Source: Acidobacteriota bacterium (lineage in GTDB: Bacteria > Acidobacteriota > UBA6911 > RPQK01 > JAJDTT01). Taken from it: a stretch of DNA of 64,000 bases. The stretch is from assembly GCA_965263035.1 (NCBI GenBank), contig OZ253580.1:4864001-4928000 (forward strand), given 5' to 3'. The position numbers and the translations under genes were made by a program. Under the pieces are notes generated by a model that was not told the origin of the DNA, searched no databases, and saw nothing but the letters and a program-made list of their open reading frames with translations. Position 1 is the stretch's first letter, and the number at the start of each line of letters is the position of its first letter. Of the stretch, positions 45,047-55,401 are shown piece after piece.

Positions 45047-46822
45047 CTACGCCGTCGTTCGCACCTGCCAGTGCCGTGACGTGTCCTGAGCCGTCCAGAG
45101 ACGTTCGTAGAGGCCTCCGGTGCGGATCAGCCGCGAGTGGGTTCCTGTCTCCACGACCCGTCCCTCTTGCAGCACCACGATCTGATCGGCGTTGCGGACC
45201 GTGAACAGACGGTGTGCGATGACCATAACCGTTCGGTACCGGGTCAAGCGCGTGATGGCTTCCCGGATCTCCAACTCCGACTCGGTGTCCACGCTCGAGG
45301 TGGCTTCATCCAGGATCAGGATGGGCGCGTCCTTGAGGAGTGCGCGGGCGATGGAGATCCGTTGTTTCTCGCCTCCCGAGAGCCGCGCGCCCCTTTCCCC
45401 GACCATGGTGTCGTAGCCCTGAGGCAGGGAGAGGATGAACTCCTCCGCGTTGGCGGCCTGGGCGGCCTCCCGAATCTGAGCTTCCGTGGCCTCGGGGTTG
45501 CCCACCAGGATGTTCTCCCGGATCGTGGCGTGGAAGAGATACACGTCCTGCATGACGTGCGCCACGCTCCGGCGCAATGGTCCCAGAGCCAGGTTCCGAA
45601 CGTCGATCCCGCCGACCTTGACCGCTCCGAACTGGGGTTCGTAGAACCTGGGGACCAGGTTGCAGGAGGTGGTCTTGCCGGCGCCGGTGGGACCCACCAG
45701 AGCCAGAACCTCGCCCGCTTCGGCCCGGAAACTCACGTCCCGAAGGACGGGAATCTCGGGCGCGTAGCCAAAGGTGACCCGGTCCAGTTGCACCGACCAT
45801 CGGAGGTCGCTGGGAATGGCGACCAGGCCGGCCGCCTGCGACTCCACCGGCAGTTCCAGGAGCTCGAAGACCCGGCGCGCCGAGGCCGCCGCCTTCTGGA
45901 TCACATCGTTCAGATTGGCCAGCCGCAACAGAGGCTGGAAGATCTGTCCCAGGTAGAGGATGAAGACCACCAGGTCGGCCAGGGCCACGTCTCCGCCCAG
46001 GGCCAGATGTCCTCCCGCGGCGACGACCAGGAGGTAGGCCAGGCCGCCCGCGAATTCGACCACTCCTGCCGGGATCAGCGACCAGCGGTTGGCTCTCTCG
46101 ATGCTGTCGCGATAGCGGGCGCTGGCCTGCCGGACCCGCTGCAGCTCGGATTCTTCCCTGACGAAGGACTTGATCACCGAGTGCCCGCCGATCCGGTCCA
46201 GAATCTCGGCCACCAGGTCGGCCCGGCGGCCCCGGGTCTTTCTCCAGGCTCGACTGGTCCGACCCGAGAGGCGGTAGACCAGCCAGGCGATCAGCGGCAA
46301 CGGCAGGGTGACGATGAGGGCCAGCTCGAAATGGATGTTGAAGAGGATCAGGAGCATGGCCACCGGCATCACCGCCGCCAGGAAGATCTCCGGCACCCCG
46401 TGGGCCAGGAAGTCCTCGATGACCTCCACGTCGTTGACGGTCCGGGACATGAGGGCGCCGCTGCGGCGGTGGGTGTAGGCTCCGGGGGGGAGGGCCTGAA
46501 CCCGGGCGTAGGTGTGGCCCAGGAGGTTGTGCAGCGTGCGATAGGCGGCCACGTGGGAAAAGACTCCGTAGCCGTAGCGGAAGACGCCGCGCAGGAGAAA
46601 GAGTCCGGCCAGGGTGAGGGCCATCCAGATCAGCGTGGACCCCACCAGGCTCCCTTCCTGAAGCAACTGGATCAGCCGTCTCAGGACCAAAGGAGGGAAG
46701 AGGCCGACCAGCGAGAAGAGGAGGCCGCACAGGAGCGAAAAGACCAGCAGTTTCCGGCTCTCCACGGCCAGATGGAACAGTCGGACGATGAGGGTTCGAG
46801 TCGAGTTGCTGCTCTGGTCCAT
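45047..46822 (-). CDS. ABC exporter, fused permease/ATP-binding (MsbA-like)
   Basis: TM domain, GPTGAGKT, LSGGEKQR, ILILDEATS. Confidence 0.93.
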   Translation of the reverse strand: MDQSSNSTRTLIVRLFHLAVESRKLLVFSLLCGLLFSLVGLFPPLVLRRLIQLLQEGSLVGSTLIWMALTLAGLFLLRGVFRYGYGVFSHVAAYRTLHNLLGHTYARVQALPPGAYTHRRSGALMSRTVNDVEVIEDFLAHGVPEIFLAAVMPVAMLLILFNIHFELALIVTLPLPLIAWLVYRLSGRTSRAWRKTRGRRADLVAEILDRIGGHSVIKSFVREESELQRVRQASARYRDSIERANRWSLIPAGVVEFAGGLAYLLVVAAGGHLALGGDVALADLVVFILYLGQIFQPLLRLANLNDVIQKAAASARRVFELLELPVESQAAGLVAIPSDLRWSVQLDRVTFGYAPEIPVLRDVSFRAEAGEVLALVGPTGAGKTTSCNLVPRFYEPQFGAVKVGGIDVRNLALGPLRRSVAHVMQDVYLFHATIRENILVGNPEATEAQIREAAQAANAEEFILSLPQGYDTMVGERGARLSGGEKQRISIARALLKDAPILILDEATSSVDTESELEIREAITRLTRYRTVMVIAHRLFTVRNADQIVVLQEGRVVETGTHSRLIRTGGLYERLWTAQDTSRHWQVRTTA

Positions 46823-46859
46823 CCGTGCCCCCGTTCCCTCGTCCGGACCCGCGAGAAGC

Positions 46860-48080
46860 CTACTCGTAGTGGAGCGCTTCGATGGGGTCCAGACGGGCCG
46901 CCTTGTGGGCCGGATAATATCCGAAAAAGATCCCGATGGCAGCCGAGAAGACGATGGAGACGACGATGGAGTTGGGGGAGATCTGCGTCGGCCATCCCAT
47001 GGCCTGGGATACGAGCAGCGATCCGCCGAGTCCCATTCCGAGCCCGATGAAACCTCCCACCAGGCAGAGCACGATGGCTTCGGCCAGGAACTGGATTCTC
47101 ACGTGTCCGGGCCGGGCGCCGATGGCCATGCGGATCCCGATCTCCCGGGTCCGTTCGGTCACCGAGACCAGCATGATGTTCATGATCCCGATGCCCCCCA
47201 CCAGCAGGGAGACGGCGGCGATGCTGGCCAGCAGGCTGGTCATGACCCGGTTCGTGGCCTCGGCCGCTTCGGCGAACTCGCTCAGGTTTCGAACCCGGAA
47301 GTCGTTGGCCTGGTCTGAACTGAGGTCATGGCGCTGCCGCAGGAGCGCGGTGATCTGCTCCTGGGCCGCAAAGCTGGCGCGGGCGCTCACCGCGGAAATG
47401 AGACCGGACTGGACATAGAGGACTCCGCCCTGGAACTTCTTCTGGACGGTGGTGTAGGGAACGATGATGGTGTCGTCCTGGTCACGGCCCCAGTTGTTGG
47501 CCCCCTTCTTCTTGAGCACGCCCAGCACCTGGAAGGGGAGGTTCTTGACCCGGATGGTCTGACCCACCGGGTCGCCCCCGCCGAAGAGTTCGTCCACCAC
47601 GGTCTGGCCCAGAACGGCGACCCGGGAGGCCGTCTTGACGTGGCTGTCTTCGAAGAAGCTCCCCTGGGTCAGGGGCCAGTTGCGCAGTAGCGGATACTGC
47701 TCGTTGTAGCCTTCGATGCGGGTGTTCCAGTTCTGGTTGCCGAACACGACCTGGGCCATGGTGGAGGCGCTGGGACTCACGGCCTGGACCGTAGGAACCT
47801 CCTGGGCGATGGCTTCGAAATCGGCGGCGTTGAGGGTGTTCATGGTCCCCGATCCGCTCCGGATCCCCCAGGAGCGGCGGCTCCCGGCCCGGATCCAGAG
47901 GGTGTTGGTGCCCATGGCGGCGATCTCTTCCTGGACCTGCCGCTGCGCCCCCTGGCCCAGGCTGACCATGGTGATGACGGCGGCGACGCCGATGATGATC
48001 CCCAGCATGGTCAGGATGGAGCGGATCTTGTTCCGGCCCAGAGACTTGAGGGAGATTTTCAAGATCATCCAGAAACCCAT
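46860..48080 (-). CDS. MacB/FtsX-like ABC permease
   Basis: RSILTMLGIIIGV, GGIGIMNIMLVSVTERTREIGIR, PAHKAARLDPIEAL. Confidence 0.93.
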   Translation of the reverse strand: MGFWMILKISLKSLGRNKIRSILTMLGIIIGVAAVITMVSLGQGAQRQVQEEIAAMGTNTLWIRAGSRRSWGIRSGSGTMNTLNAADFEAIAQEVPTVQAVSPSASTMAQVVFGNQNWNTRIEGYNEQYPLLRNWPLTQGSFFEDSHVKTASRVAVLGQTVVDELFGGGDPVGQTIRVKNLPFQVLGVLKKKGANNWGRDQDDTIIVPYTTVQKKFQGGVLYVQSGLISAVSARASFAAQEQITALLRQRHDLSSDQANDFRVRNLSEFAEAAEATNRVMTSLLASIAAVSLLVGGIGIMNIMLVSVTERTREIGIRMAIGARPGHVRIQFLAEAIVLCLVGGFIGLGMGLGGSLLVSQAMGWPTQISPNSIVVSIVFSAAIGIFFGYYPAHKAARLDPIEALHYE

Positions 48081-48095
48081 GACGATTCTCCTCGA

Positions 48096-48839
48096 TTAAC
48101 GAGTCGTGTCGCTGATGATGAGCCCGTCCCGCACCTGGATCGTGCGCTTGGCGTGAGCCGCGATGAAAGCCTCGTGGGTCACCATGATCAGGGTGATGCC
48201 CTGCTGCTGATTCAGGTCCTTGAGGAAACGCAGGATCTCTTCCGACGTGGCCGAGTCCAGGTTGCCCGTCGGCTCGTCGGCCAGAAGGATGGCCGGCCGG
48301 TTGACCAGGGCCCGGGCCACGGCGACCCGCTGCTGCTGTCCGCCCGAGAGCTGATTGGGCATGACCTGGGCCTTCTCCGGGATCCCGACAACTTCCAGCG
48401 CCTCCTCGATTCGGCGGACCCGCTCTTGGCGCGGCACGCCGGCGTAGAGCATGGGGGCTTCCACGTTCTCCCAGATGGAGGTGCGGGGCAGCAGGTTGAA
48501 GCTCTGAAAGATGAATCCGATCTTCTGGTTCCGGATGTCCGCCCGCTGGGACGCCGAAAACGTGGAGACGTCGATTCCATCGAGCCGATACCGTCCCCGC
48601 GTCGGCCGGTCCAGGCACCCCAGCAGGTTCAACAAGGTCGACTTGCCCGATCCCGAGGCCCCCATGACGGCCACGAACTCGCCTGGGACCACCTCCAGGG
48701 AGACTCCTCTCAGAGCCTCGACCTGGACTTCTCCCAGATCGTAGATCTTCCAGACATTTTCCAGAGAAAGGAGACTGTCCCCGTTTGCCTGAGGCGTGTG
48801 TGGGGGATTCTGCTGCGCTTCAGCCACCTGAACCATCAA
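48096..48839 (-). CDS. ABC ATP-binding protein (MacB/LolD-like)
   Basis: [28 protein letters not shown]. Confidence 0.93.
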   Translation of the reverse strand: MMVQVAEAQQNPPHTPQANGDSLLSLENVWKIYDLGEVQVEALRGVSLEVVPGEFVAVMGASGSGKSTLLNLLGCLDRPTRGRYRLDGIDVSTFSASQRADIRNQKIGFIFQSFNLLPRTSIWENVEAPMLYAGVPRQERVRRIEEALEVVGIPEKAQVMPNQLSGGQQQRVAVARALVNRPAILLADEPTGNLDSATSEEILRFLKDLNQQQGITLIMVTHEAFIAAHAKRTIQVRDGLIISDTTR

Positions 48840-50560
48840 CGGCCTCGACTGCCGGTGCCGCCCCCTCGGGTGCCGGTCCCACCCCCTCGGGCGCCGCCAC
48901 GGCTACTCGTGCTCCGGCCCCGGCGCGGTCCGAAGGCGCCGCTGAACGGCGAGGTGCTGCCGCGCTGGACCTGGCCCGATTCGTCCAGTTTCCAGGTGAT
49001 GATCTCCTCGCCCTCCTCCAGATCTCCCCGCAGGATGGCCGTCTCCCTCCCGTCGGTGATTCCCAGGAGAACACGGCGCGGCTGAGGTTCGGCGTTTTCG
49101 TCCAGCACCCAGAGCAGACCGGGCCGGGGCCGCATCTGCTCGGCGCGGGGAAACCGGATCTTGGGTCCCGGCCGGATTCCATACTGCTCGATGGTGGAGA
49201 TACCGACCTCGGCGTGGGACATTTCTTCACCACCCCCGCGTGGTCCTCTCCGGCGTTCTCCCGGATCTCTGCCCCATCGTCCCCGTTCCGGGCGGTCGCC
49301 GTCCGCCGCAGCTTCAGAAAGGCCGGCCCGGTCCGGTCCGGGACCGGCCATGGCGGTGCTGGACCCGGCGCCCGCCGGTCGCCGTCCCCCGCCGCCCCGC
49401 ATCAGCGCGCGGATCTCTTCCGGACCCATCCCCTCGGGTCGAAAGCGGAGGGCTGAGTTGGCTACCTTCAGCACCTCCGATTCACGGGCGACCACGAAGT
49501 TGACGTTGGCCGTCATGGCGGGCCGCAGCTTCAACTGAGGGTTCTCCACGTCGATGATGACGTTGTAGACCACCACGTTGGTGGCCCCGCCGCCACTCTG
49601 ATTCTGTGTGTCCGAGTTGGGGAGCTTGGAACTGAGACGGATCTCGGAGATCTTCCCCTCGAAGCTCTGTCCCGGGAAGGCGTCCACAGCGAAATCGACC
49701 TGGGCCATCTCCGAGATGGCGCCGATGTCCGCCTCGTCGATCTGGGCGATGACCTGCATCTTGGTCAAGTCGTTGGCGATCAGGAAGAGGACAGGCGCCT
49801 GAAAGCTGGCAGCCACGGTCTGGCCGATGTCCACGTTGCGCTCGATCACGACACCGTCGATGGGAGACGTGATGGTGGTGTAACGCAGATTGACGTCGGC
49901 CATCTTGAGGCTGGCGGTCGCCTCCTGCACGTTGGCGGCGGCTTGATCGTTCTGGGCGTGGGCCGAACGGATGGAGGCCTCCACCTGGCTGACTTGAGCA
50001 CGATTCTGGCTCAGACGGGCCTTGGCCTGGTCGAAGTGGGCTTGCGCGGTCTCCAGATCGCGATCCGAGATCACCTCGGCCTCGTAGAGCTCGTGGCTTC
50101 GCTTCAACTCGCGCTCGGCTTCCTTCAGGTTGACCTCCCCCACCTCCACGTTGGCCCGGGCGCTCTCCAGCTCGGCCTTCCGGTTGATGAGGTTGGCGGC
50201 GGCGCTCTTGACGGTGGCCTTGGCGGTGGCCAACGAAGCCTTGGCCCGTTCCAACTGGGCCTCGAAGTTGGCCGGGTCGATGATGGCCAGGGTCTGGTCC
50301 TTCTTGACCACGCTGTTGAAGTCGGCGTGGAGTTCCTTGATCCGTCCCGAGACCTGACTTCCCACCTGCACCGTCACCACGGCCTGTAAGAGGCCGGTGG
50401 AACTGACGGTTCGGCTCACTTCTCCGCGACTCACCGGGACCGTGAGGTAGTCTTCGCCCGGCTGCATCTCGGAGGGGCCCAGGTAGTGGTAGCCGGCCGC
50501 CGCGACGGCCAGGACCAGGATGATGGTGACGACGGTGCGGAGGTTGCGCTTTTTTCTCAC
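48836..50560 (-). CDS. Efflux periplasmic adaptor subunit (MacA-like)
   Basis: VQVGSQVSGRI, alpha-hairpin, ITSPIDGVV, GQTVAASFQAP. Confidence 0.9.
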   Translation of the reverse strand: MRKKRNLRTVVTIILVLAVAAAGYHYLGPSEMQPGEDYLTVPVSRGEVSRTVSSTGLLQAVVTVQVGSQVSGRIKELHADFNSVVKKDQTLAIIDPANFEAQLERAKASLATAKATVKSAAANLINRKAELESARANVEVGEVNLKEAERELKRSHELYEAEVISDRDLETAQAHFDQAKARLSQNRAQVSQVEASIRSAHAQNDQAAANVQEATASLKMADVNLRYTTITSPIDGVVIERNVDIGQTVAASFQAPVLFLIANDLTKMQVIAQIDEADIGAISEMAQVDFAVDAFPGQSFEGKISEIRLSSKLPNSDTQNQSGGGATNVVVYNVIIDVENPQLKLRPAMTANVNFVVARESEVLKVANSALRFRPEGMGPEEIRALMRGGGGRRPAGAGSSTAMAGPGPDRAGLSEAAADGDRPERGRWGRDPGERRRGPRGGGEEMSHAEVGISTIEQYGIRPGPKIRFPRAEQMRPRPGLLWVLDENAEPQPRRVLLGITDGRETAILRGDLEEGEEIITWKLDESGQVQRGSTSPFSGAFGPRRGRSTSSRGGARGGGTGTRGGGTGSRGR

Positions 50561-50612
50561 GGAATGATTATACGCTTGGCGACCTCACATGTTTCAACGA
50601 AAGATGAATGAA

Positions 50613-52415
50613 TTACCGGGTCTCCGGTAAGGGTGTCCCGCCGCCGTCCTTGGCAGCAGAAATCTCCGCGTAACGGACGCCCACTTGTCTCCCGCCCATC
50701 TGAAGCACGGCTTCAAGCCGGGCCTCGCCTTCCTCCAGCGGGACGTGATCGAAGGTGAGCTCCATGGCACCGGCACCGAAGGGTTGTTTCCGCTCGAACC
50801 GTTGCACCTTCAACTCCGCCGTCCCGCCGTCCGGGGCCGGCCCGAAGAGGAAACGGATCTGATAGTTTCCCGCGCCGTGGGCACGGATCTCCCAGAATCC
50901 CAGGTCCGAGTCGCCCCAGCCGTCGGGACCCACCATGCGCCAGTCCTGGCGAGTGAGGATGACGGGGTCCTCGTGGGGGGTGCCCACGGCGATCCGGGGC
51001 GGGGCATAGCCTCGGGTGGAGGAGACGTCCCGGAGCCAGTCCGCATAGGCGGAGCGAAGCCGCGCCACGACCTGGGGATGTTCTGCTGAGAGGTTGCGCG
51101 TCTCTCCGGGATCGGCCTCCAGGTCGTACAGCTCGAGGGGATAGTCCTCGAATTTCTCGCCCGGGGGCAGGCCCCGCGTGGGGAAGGCCACCGGCTGGAC
51201 CAGCTTGTACCGCTGCTCGATGGCGGCGAAGTGGCGAAACGGTTGGGGCTCGTTGCCGCGGTGGGACTGGATGAAGAGAGTTCGGCCCTCTGGAGCTTCG
51301 CCGACCCCCTCCAGCCGGGGCATGAGGCTGACTCCGTCGAAGGAGGGCGCTGCGGGGGCCGTGACTCCGGCCGCCTCCAGCAGCGTGGGCATGAGGTCGA
51401 TGTGTGCGGCGGTGCGGTCGTCGGAGCCCGGCTGGAGGCGCGCCGGCCAGCGAAACAGGAAGGGCACCCGGATGCCTCCCTCGTAGACCGTGCCCTTGAG
51501 GCCCCGAAGACCGGCGGTGTAACGCCGGGTGGTGGCTCCGTTGTCGGTCATGAAGATGAGGATCGTGTTCTCCTCCAGTTCCATGCGCTCCAGCCCCTGG
51601 AGCAGTCGGCCCACGTTGTCGTCGATGTTGGTGATCATCCCGTAGATCCGGGCGTCCTTGTCCTCCAGTCCGGCCTCCAGGTAGGACTGGCGGTAGGACT
51701 CGGGAACGTCGTAGGGGGAGTGCGGCGCGTTGGTGGGGATGTAGACGAAGAAGGGGTTCTCCCGATTCCGTTCGATGAAGTCCAGCGCCTCCCGGAAGAA
51801 GATGTCGGTGCAGTAGCCCAGGTACGGTTTGGCCTCTCCGTTGTGCTGCAGGATGGGGTCGAAATAGGAGGTTTCGGGGGGATCGGAAGGCTGTCCGATG
51901 CCTCCGCCCTTGTGGACCACCGACTCCTGAAATCCCTGGTCCATGGCCCGGAGGGGGTAGTTGTCCCCCAGGTGCCACTTGCCGAAGATGCCGGTCCGGT
52001 AACCCGCCTTCGTGAGAGTCTCGGCCAGGGTGACCTCGTCCGAGTGCATCATGGCCCGTCCCACGTACGTGTCGACCACGCCGGTCCGGTAGTTGTAGCG
52101 GCCGGTCATGAGGCTGGCCCGGGTGGGGGCGCAGACGGGAGAGACGTAAAAACGGGTCAGCTCCACACTCTCAGCGGCCAGACGATCCAGGTGGGGAGTT
52201 CGGAGGACGTCGTCGCCATGGCTTCCCAACTGGGCCCAGCCCTGGTCGTCGGTGATGACGACGATGATGTTGGGTCGGCCGGTTTCCTGAGCCGGGGGCG
52301 GCGAACAACCGAACGACAGACAGCCCAACAGGAGCAAGAGCCCGGTTCGAGTTCCGGTCCCGCGGGGGTGACGGCCGACTACGGACGAAAGCGGAGAATT
52401 AGCTGTAGCGGACAT
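50613..52415 (-). CDS. Arylsulfatase
   Basis: PNIIVVITDDQG, CAPTRASLMTGR (CxPxR), GKWHLG, TDNG, YEGGIRVP. Confidence 0.93.
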   Translation of the reverse strand: MSATANSPLSSVVGRHPRGTGTRTGLLLLLGCLSFGCSPPPAQETGRPNIIVVITDDQGWAQLGSHGDDVLRTPHLDRLAAESVELTRFYVSPVCAPTRASLMTGRYNYRTGVVDTYVGRAMMHSDEVTLAETLTKAGYRTGIFGKWHLGDNYPLRAMDQGFQESVVHKGGGIGQPSDPPETSYFDPILQHNGEAKPYLGYCTDIFFREALDFIERNRENPFFVYIPTNAPHSPYDVPESYRQSYLEAGLEDKDARIYGMITNIDDNVGRLLQGLERMELEENTILIFMTDNGATTRRYTAGLRGLKGTVYEGGIRVPFLFRWPARLQPGSDDRTAAHIDLMPTLLEAAGVTAPAAPSFDGVSLMPRLEGVGEAPEGRTLFIQSHRGNEPQPFRHFAAIEQRYKLVQPVAFPTRGLPPGEKFEDYPLELYDLEADPGETRNLSAEHPQVVARLRSAYADWLRDVSSTRGYAPPRIAVGTPHEDPVILTRQDWRMVGPDGWGDSDLGFWEIRAHGAGNYQIRFLFGPAPDGGTAELKVQRFERKQPFGAGAMELTFDHVPLEEGEARLEAVLQMGGRQVGVRYAEISAAKDGGGTPLPETR

Positions 52416-54075
52416 GGAGAAGAATCTGCTTCAGGATCAGTTTGCCGCCGGCGCGCGAGCCCCGATTCGCCACGCCGACCTCGAACCGGTTCATCCCCTG
52501 GCGGATCTGGGTGGCTGAGAGCGTCCCGGACCGGAAGGGGACTCCTTTTTCTCCCTCCTTGCGGGGCGGCCGGACCGCTTCCGACACCAGCTCCATGGGA
52601 GCTTGGTTCAGGGTCACCTCCAAGCGTTCGCCTGGCATCAGGTTGTGGACCTCCACTTCGATTCCCACGCCTTTCAACCGTCCTGCCTGCTCGGCCGCGG
52701 CCAGGTCGTCTCCGACCCGCATCTCGACCGCCGTCCGGTCCTGACCGGGACTTCCCGCCAACTCCACCGGCACCTGGCCCGGATAGCTGGCGATGGAGTA
52801 GGGGCCTACGTTGCCCATGACGTCCACCGTCTGAACGTAGTCGATGGCGAAGGTCTTGTCCTGGTAACGGAGCGCGTCGCCGGAGCCGATGTGGTTCAGG
52901 ACCTCGTACCCTTCGGCGGTGGGACGCCCGTAGGAGATCTGGGGCACCTTCCGGTATTGGAAGTTCCAGAGATAGATACCGTCGGCTCCGGCCCAGAGGA
53001 TGTTGGAGGCCGCTCCCCGGAACGCGGAGTCGGAGCCGAACATCTGGGTGCCGCAGTTGATGCAGGGGTAGACGGGAACCTGGTGCTGGTGGCCCAGTTG
53101 GACCAGTTCTTCGGCCGGGTTGGTGAAGGGGACGTAGCCTCCGCCGATGAGGAGGCGGTCCACCAGTCCTTCCTTCAGCCAGGTCTCGATATCGATGCCG
53201 ATGCGGCGGCAGGCGGCCACGGTACCCGGGCTGCGGATTCCCAGCATGAGTGGATGTCCCCGGCGCTCCGACTCCCGGTCCAGGACCTTTCGGGCCGAGC
53301 GGATCAGGTCGGTCATGAGGGGCATTCCCTCCTCCTCCTTGCCCGTCTTGAAGTACCAGGGCATGCGGAAGAAGTTCAGGTCGACGCCGGCAACGTCGTA
53401 TTTTCCCACCGTGTTCCGGATCCACCAGAGCCGGTCCTCCCGGACCTGGGGCACGGCGAAATCCAGGCCCGACCAGATGGCCGCCGCCTGGCTGCTGAAG
53501 ACCGGCCCCTTCATGCTCTCGTCCCCCAGCAGCCATTCCGGGTGCTCCACCTTGAGGGGATAGATCAGCTTGCCCGCCGGCATGCCGTAGGAGTCGTGGG
53601 TGTCGTTCATCCGCAGGGACCCGAAGAGTTCGATCTGCCGGCTGCGGGCGGCTTCCGCCATGACGGGAGTCGGGTCGGAGATGACCGGGTTCAGGGGTTT
53701 GCCCAGTTGCTGGGTCTCCCAGTAGCGGGTCTTGCCTTTGCCGATGGCGATGGCCCACATGATGCACCAGGCGATGCTGTCCACGGGGGTTTCCAGGATG
53801 GGAACGAAACGCTGGGCCAGAAAGGCCTCCACGCTCTTTTCGGCGTCTTCGCTATAGCAGAGGTCTCCGTCATCGTCCAGGATGACGCGCCGCCGGCGCC
53901 AGGCAGCCTGCCGCCGCCGTTCTACGAGCTTCGCCGACTGATTTCCTCCGCAACCAGTCAGCGCTCCGGCAAGAGAGGCGGACAGGGCCAACCCCGTTCC
54001 TCGCAGGAACTGCCGGCGGGAGGGAGACTTGAGGATCGAAGCGTGCTTGGGGTCGCTCGGGGGCCAGTTTGTCAT
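52399..54075 (-). CDS. Tat-exported putative glycoside hydrolase-like TIM-barrel protein (GHL10/DUF187-like)
   Basis: SRRQFLRG Tat motif, LTGC lipobox-like, ILDDDGD, SLRMNDTH, LDFAVPQVRE, GADGIYLWNF. Confidence 0.65.
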   Translation of the reverse strand: MTNWPPSDPKHASILKSPSRRQFLRGTGLALSASLAGALTGCGGNQSAKLVERRRQAAWRRRRVILDDDGDLCYSEDAEKSVEAFLAQRFVPILETPVDSIAWCIMWAIAIGKGKTRYWETQQLGKPLNPVISDPTPVMAEAARSRQIELFGSLRMNDTHDSYGMPAGKLIYPLKVEHPEWLLGDESMKGPVFSSQAAAIWSGLDFAVPQVREDRLWWIRNTVGKYDVAGVDLNFFRMPWYFKTGKEEEGMPLMTDLIRSARKVLDRESERRGHPLMLGIRSPGTVAACRRIGIDIETWLKEGLVDRLLIGGGYVPFTNPAEELVQLGHQHQVPVYPCINCGTQMFGSDSAFRGAASNILWAGADGIYLWNFQYRKVPQISYGRPTAEGYEVLNHIGSGDALRYQDKTFAIDYVQTVDVMGNVGPYSIASYPGQVPVELAGSPGQDRTAVEMRVGDDLAAAEQAGRLKGVGIEVEVHNLMPGERLEVTLNQAPMELVSEAVRPPRKEGEKGVPFRSGTLSATQIRQGMNRFEVGVANRGSRAGGKLILKQILLHVRYS

Positions 54076-54153
54076 GTTCCAGAGAATAGCACCTCGAAGT
54101 GCCTGCGACATGACGTTGGTCAGTTCCTGAAGGGGCGACCTATAATCGGACCA

Positions 54154-55047
54154 GTGCGTCTATTCTGCGGCATTTCACTGCTGTCGGTTCTGTTGGGGAG
54201 CCAGACCGCGCCCGCCCGGGAGTTGACCGAGAAATCGATCCGGGAGTTGCGGTTGATGGTGGTGGAGTTCATCAACCAGGACCGGAAAAAGGCCTCGGCT
54301 CCGCCGGCGGCGTACTCGGAAACCCTCTCCAAGTTGGCCGACGAGCATTGCCGGGAGATGCTTCGGGAAGGCTACACCAGCCACTGGAACCGGGCCGGCT
54401 GGAAGCCGTACATGCGCTATTCGCAGGGCGGGGTCACGGATCACACCTCCGAGAACATCTCCAGCCTGAACAGCACCGGTTTCAAGGTGAGCTTCGACTC
54501 CGTGAAGGCCGAGATGACCGCACGCCACGAGGGCCTCATCGGCGAGGAACCGCCGTATGACCAGCACCGCCGAAACATCCTGGACCCCCTCCATACCCAC
54601 GTGGGGATCGGCGTGGCGTACAACAAGGCGGGTCTGCGGATGATCCAGATCTTCGCCAAGCGGTACGTGAGGCTGGAGCCGATTCCCCGGAAGCAGGAGC
54701 CCTCCTCCGCCGTTCAACTGAAGGGCAAGGTGCTCCAGCCCGGGTACGAATTCCAGGCGATTTCGGTCTACTACGAACCCCTGCCTGAAGAGATGTCCCT
54801 GGCCCAGCTCATGGGCACGTATTCCTATGCCTTGCCCGATGACGAGAAGATCTACTGGGTCCGGCTGCCCCTGCGGATGCGGTACGGCGACGGCACCCGG
54901 GGATCGGTCCAGGTCCGCGGCCGGTCCTTCTCCCAGACCATCTCCATCCCCTCCCGTAAGGGGGTCTACACCTTCGTGGTGTGGGTCCAGAAAAAGTCCG
55001 GGGTTCGAGGTGTCACGGCCACCAACGCCACGGTCTTCGTGGAATAG
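54154..55047 (+). CDS. CAP/SCP domain protein
   Basis: C-terminal part of ORF 52603..55047: signal peptide, INQDR, ADEHCREM, ENI, HRRNILDP.HTHVGIGVA. Confidence 0.8.
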   Translation: MRLFCGISLLSVLLGSQTAPARELTEKSIRELRLMVVEFINQDRKKASAPPAAYSETLSKLADEHCREMLREGYTSHWNRAGWKPYMRYSQGGVTDHTSENISSLNSTGFKVSFDSVKAEMTARHEGLIGEEPPYDQHRRNILDPLHTHVGIGVAYNKAGLRMIQIFAKRYVRLEPIPRKQEPSSAVQLKGKVLQPGYEFQAISVYYEPLPEEMSLAQLMGTYSYALPDDEKIYWVRLPLRMRYGDGTRGSVQVRGRSFSQTISIPSRKGVYTFVVWVQKKSGVRGVTATNATVFVE

Positions 55048-55401
55048 CCGAGGCGAGTTCCGGATCGTTGAGTTCTTTCCCGAGATGGTTCTCGCACACA
55101 TGAGGTTTCCTGCGTCGCCGTTCACCGCAAGGATCACCCGCCAGTAGGCAAGCGACCATTGACGGGCTGATCGCCGGACAGCGGCCGTGGAATGCGGAGA
55201 CCTATGTGAGTTCGGAGGGGAACATCGCTGTCATGCTGCATGGAAAGGGCATGATCCGGGTCCAGTATCCGTTTCGGACGGTGAGCAATAAGAGACCCGG
55301 GAGATCGGGAGGACGCCGCAGCTCGCAAACCGATTGTACCAACATATCTGTTGCCAACAAATCGGTTGGTATCTATGGTGGGCTGTGTCGAGGAGCCAGT
55401 C

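Noticed and set aside
45137-47050. Long antisense or alternate-frame ORFs (also 4198..5538, 6846..8540, 30470..32011, 33846..35372, 51231..52820, 62502..63920)
   Set aside because: Typical shadow ORFs of GC-rich coding DNA with no recognisable motifs, overlapping well-supported genes.
52603-54153. 814-aa ORF 52603..55047 as one protein
   Set aside because: The 5' part is antisense to the Tat-exported gene; only the CAP domain part from ~54154 looks real.
55048-55200. DUF1501 3'-end duplication marking the left edge of the ATPase islet
   Set aside because: Only a 7-bp match (GATCACC) to the gene end near 58366; not significant.
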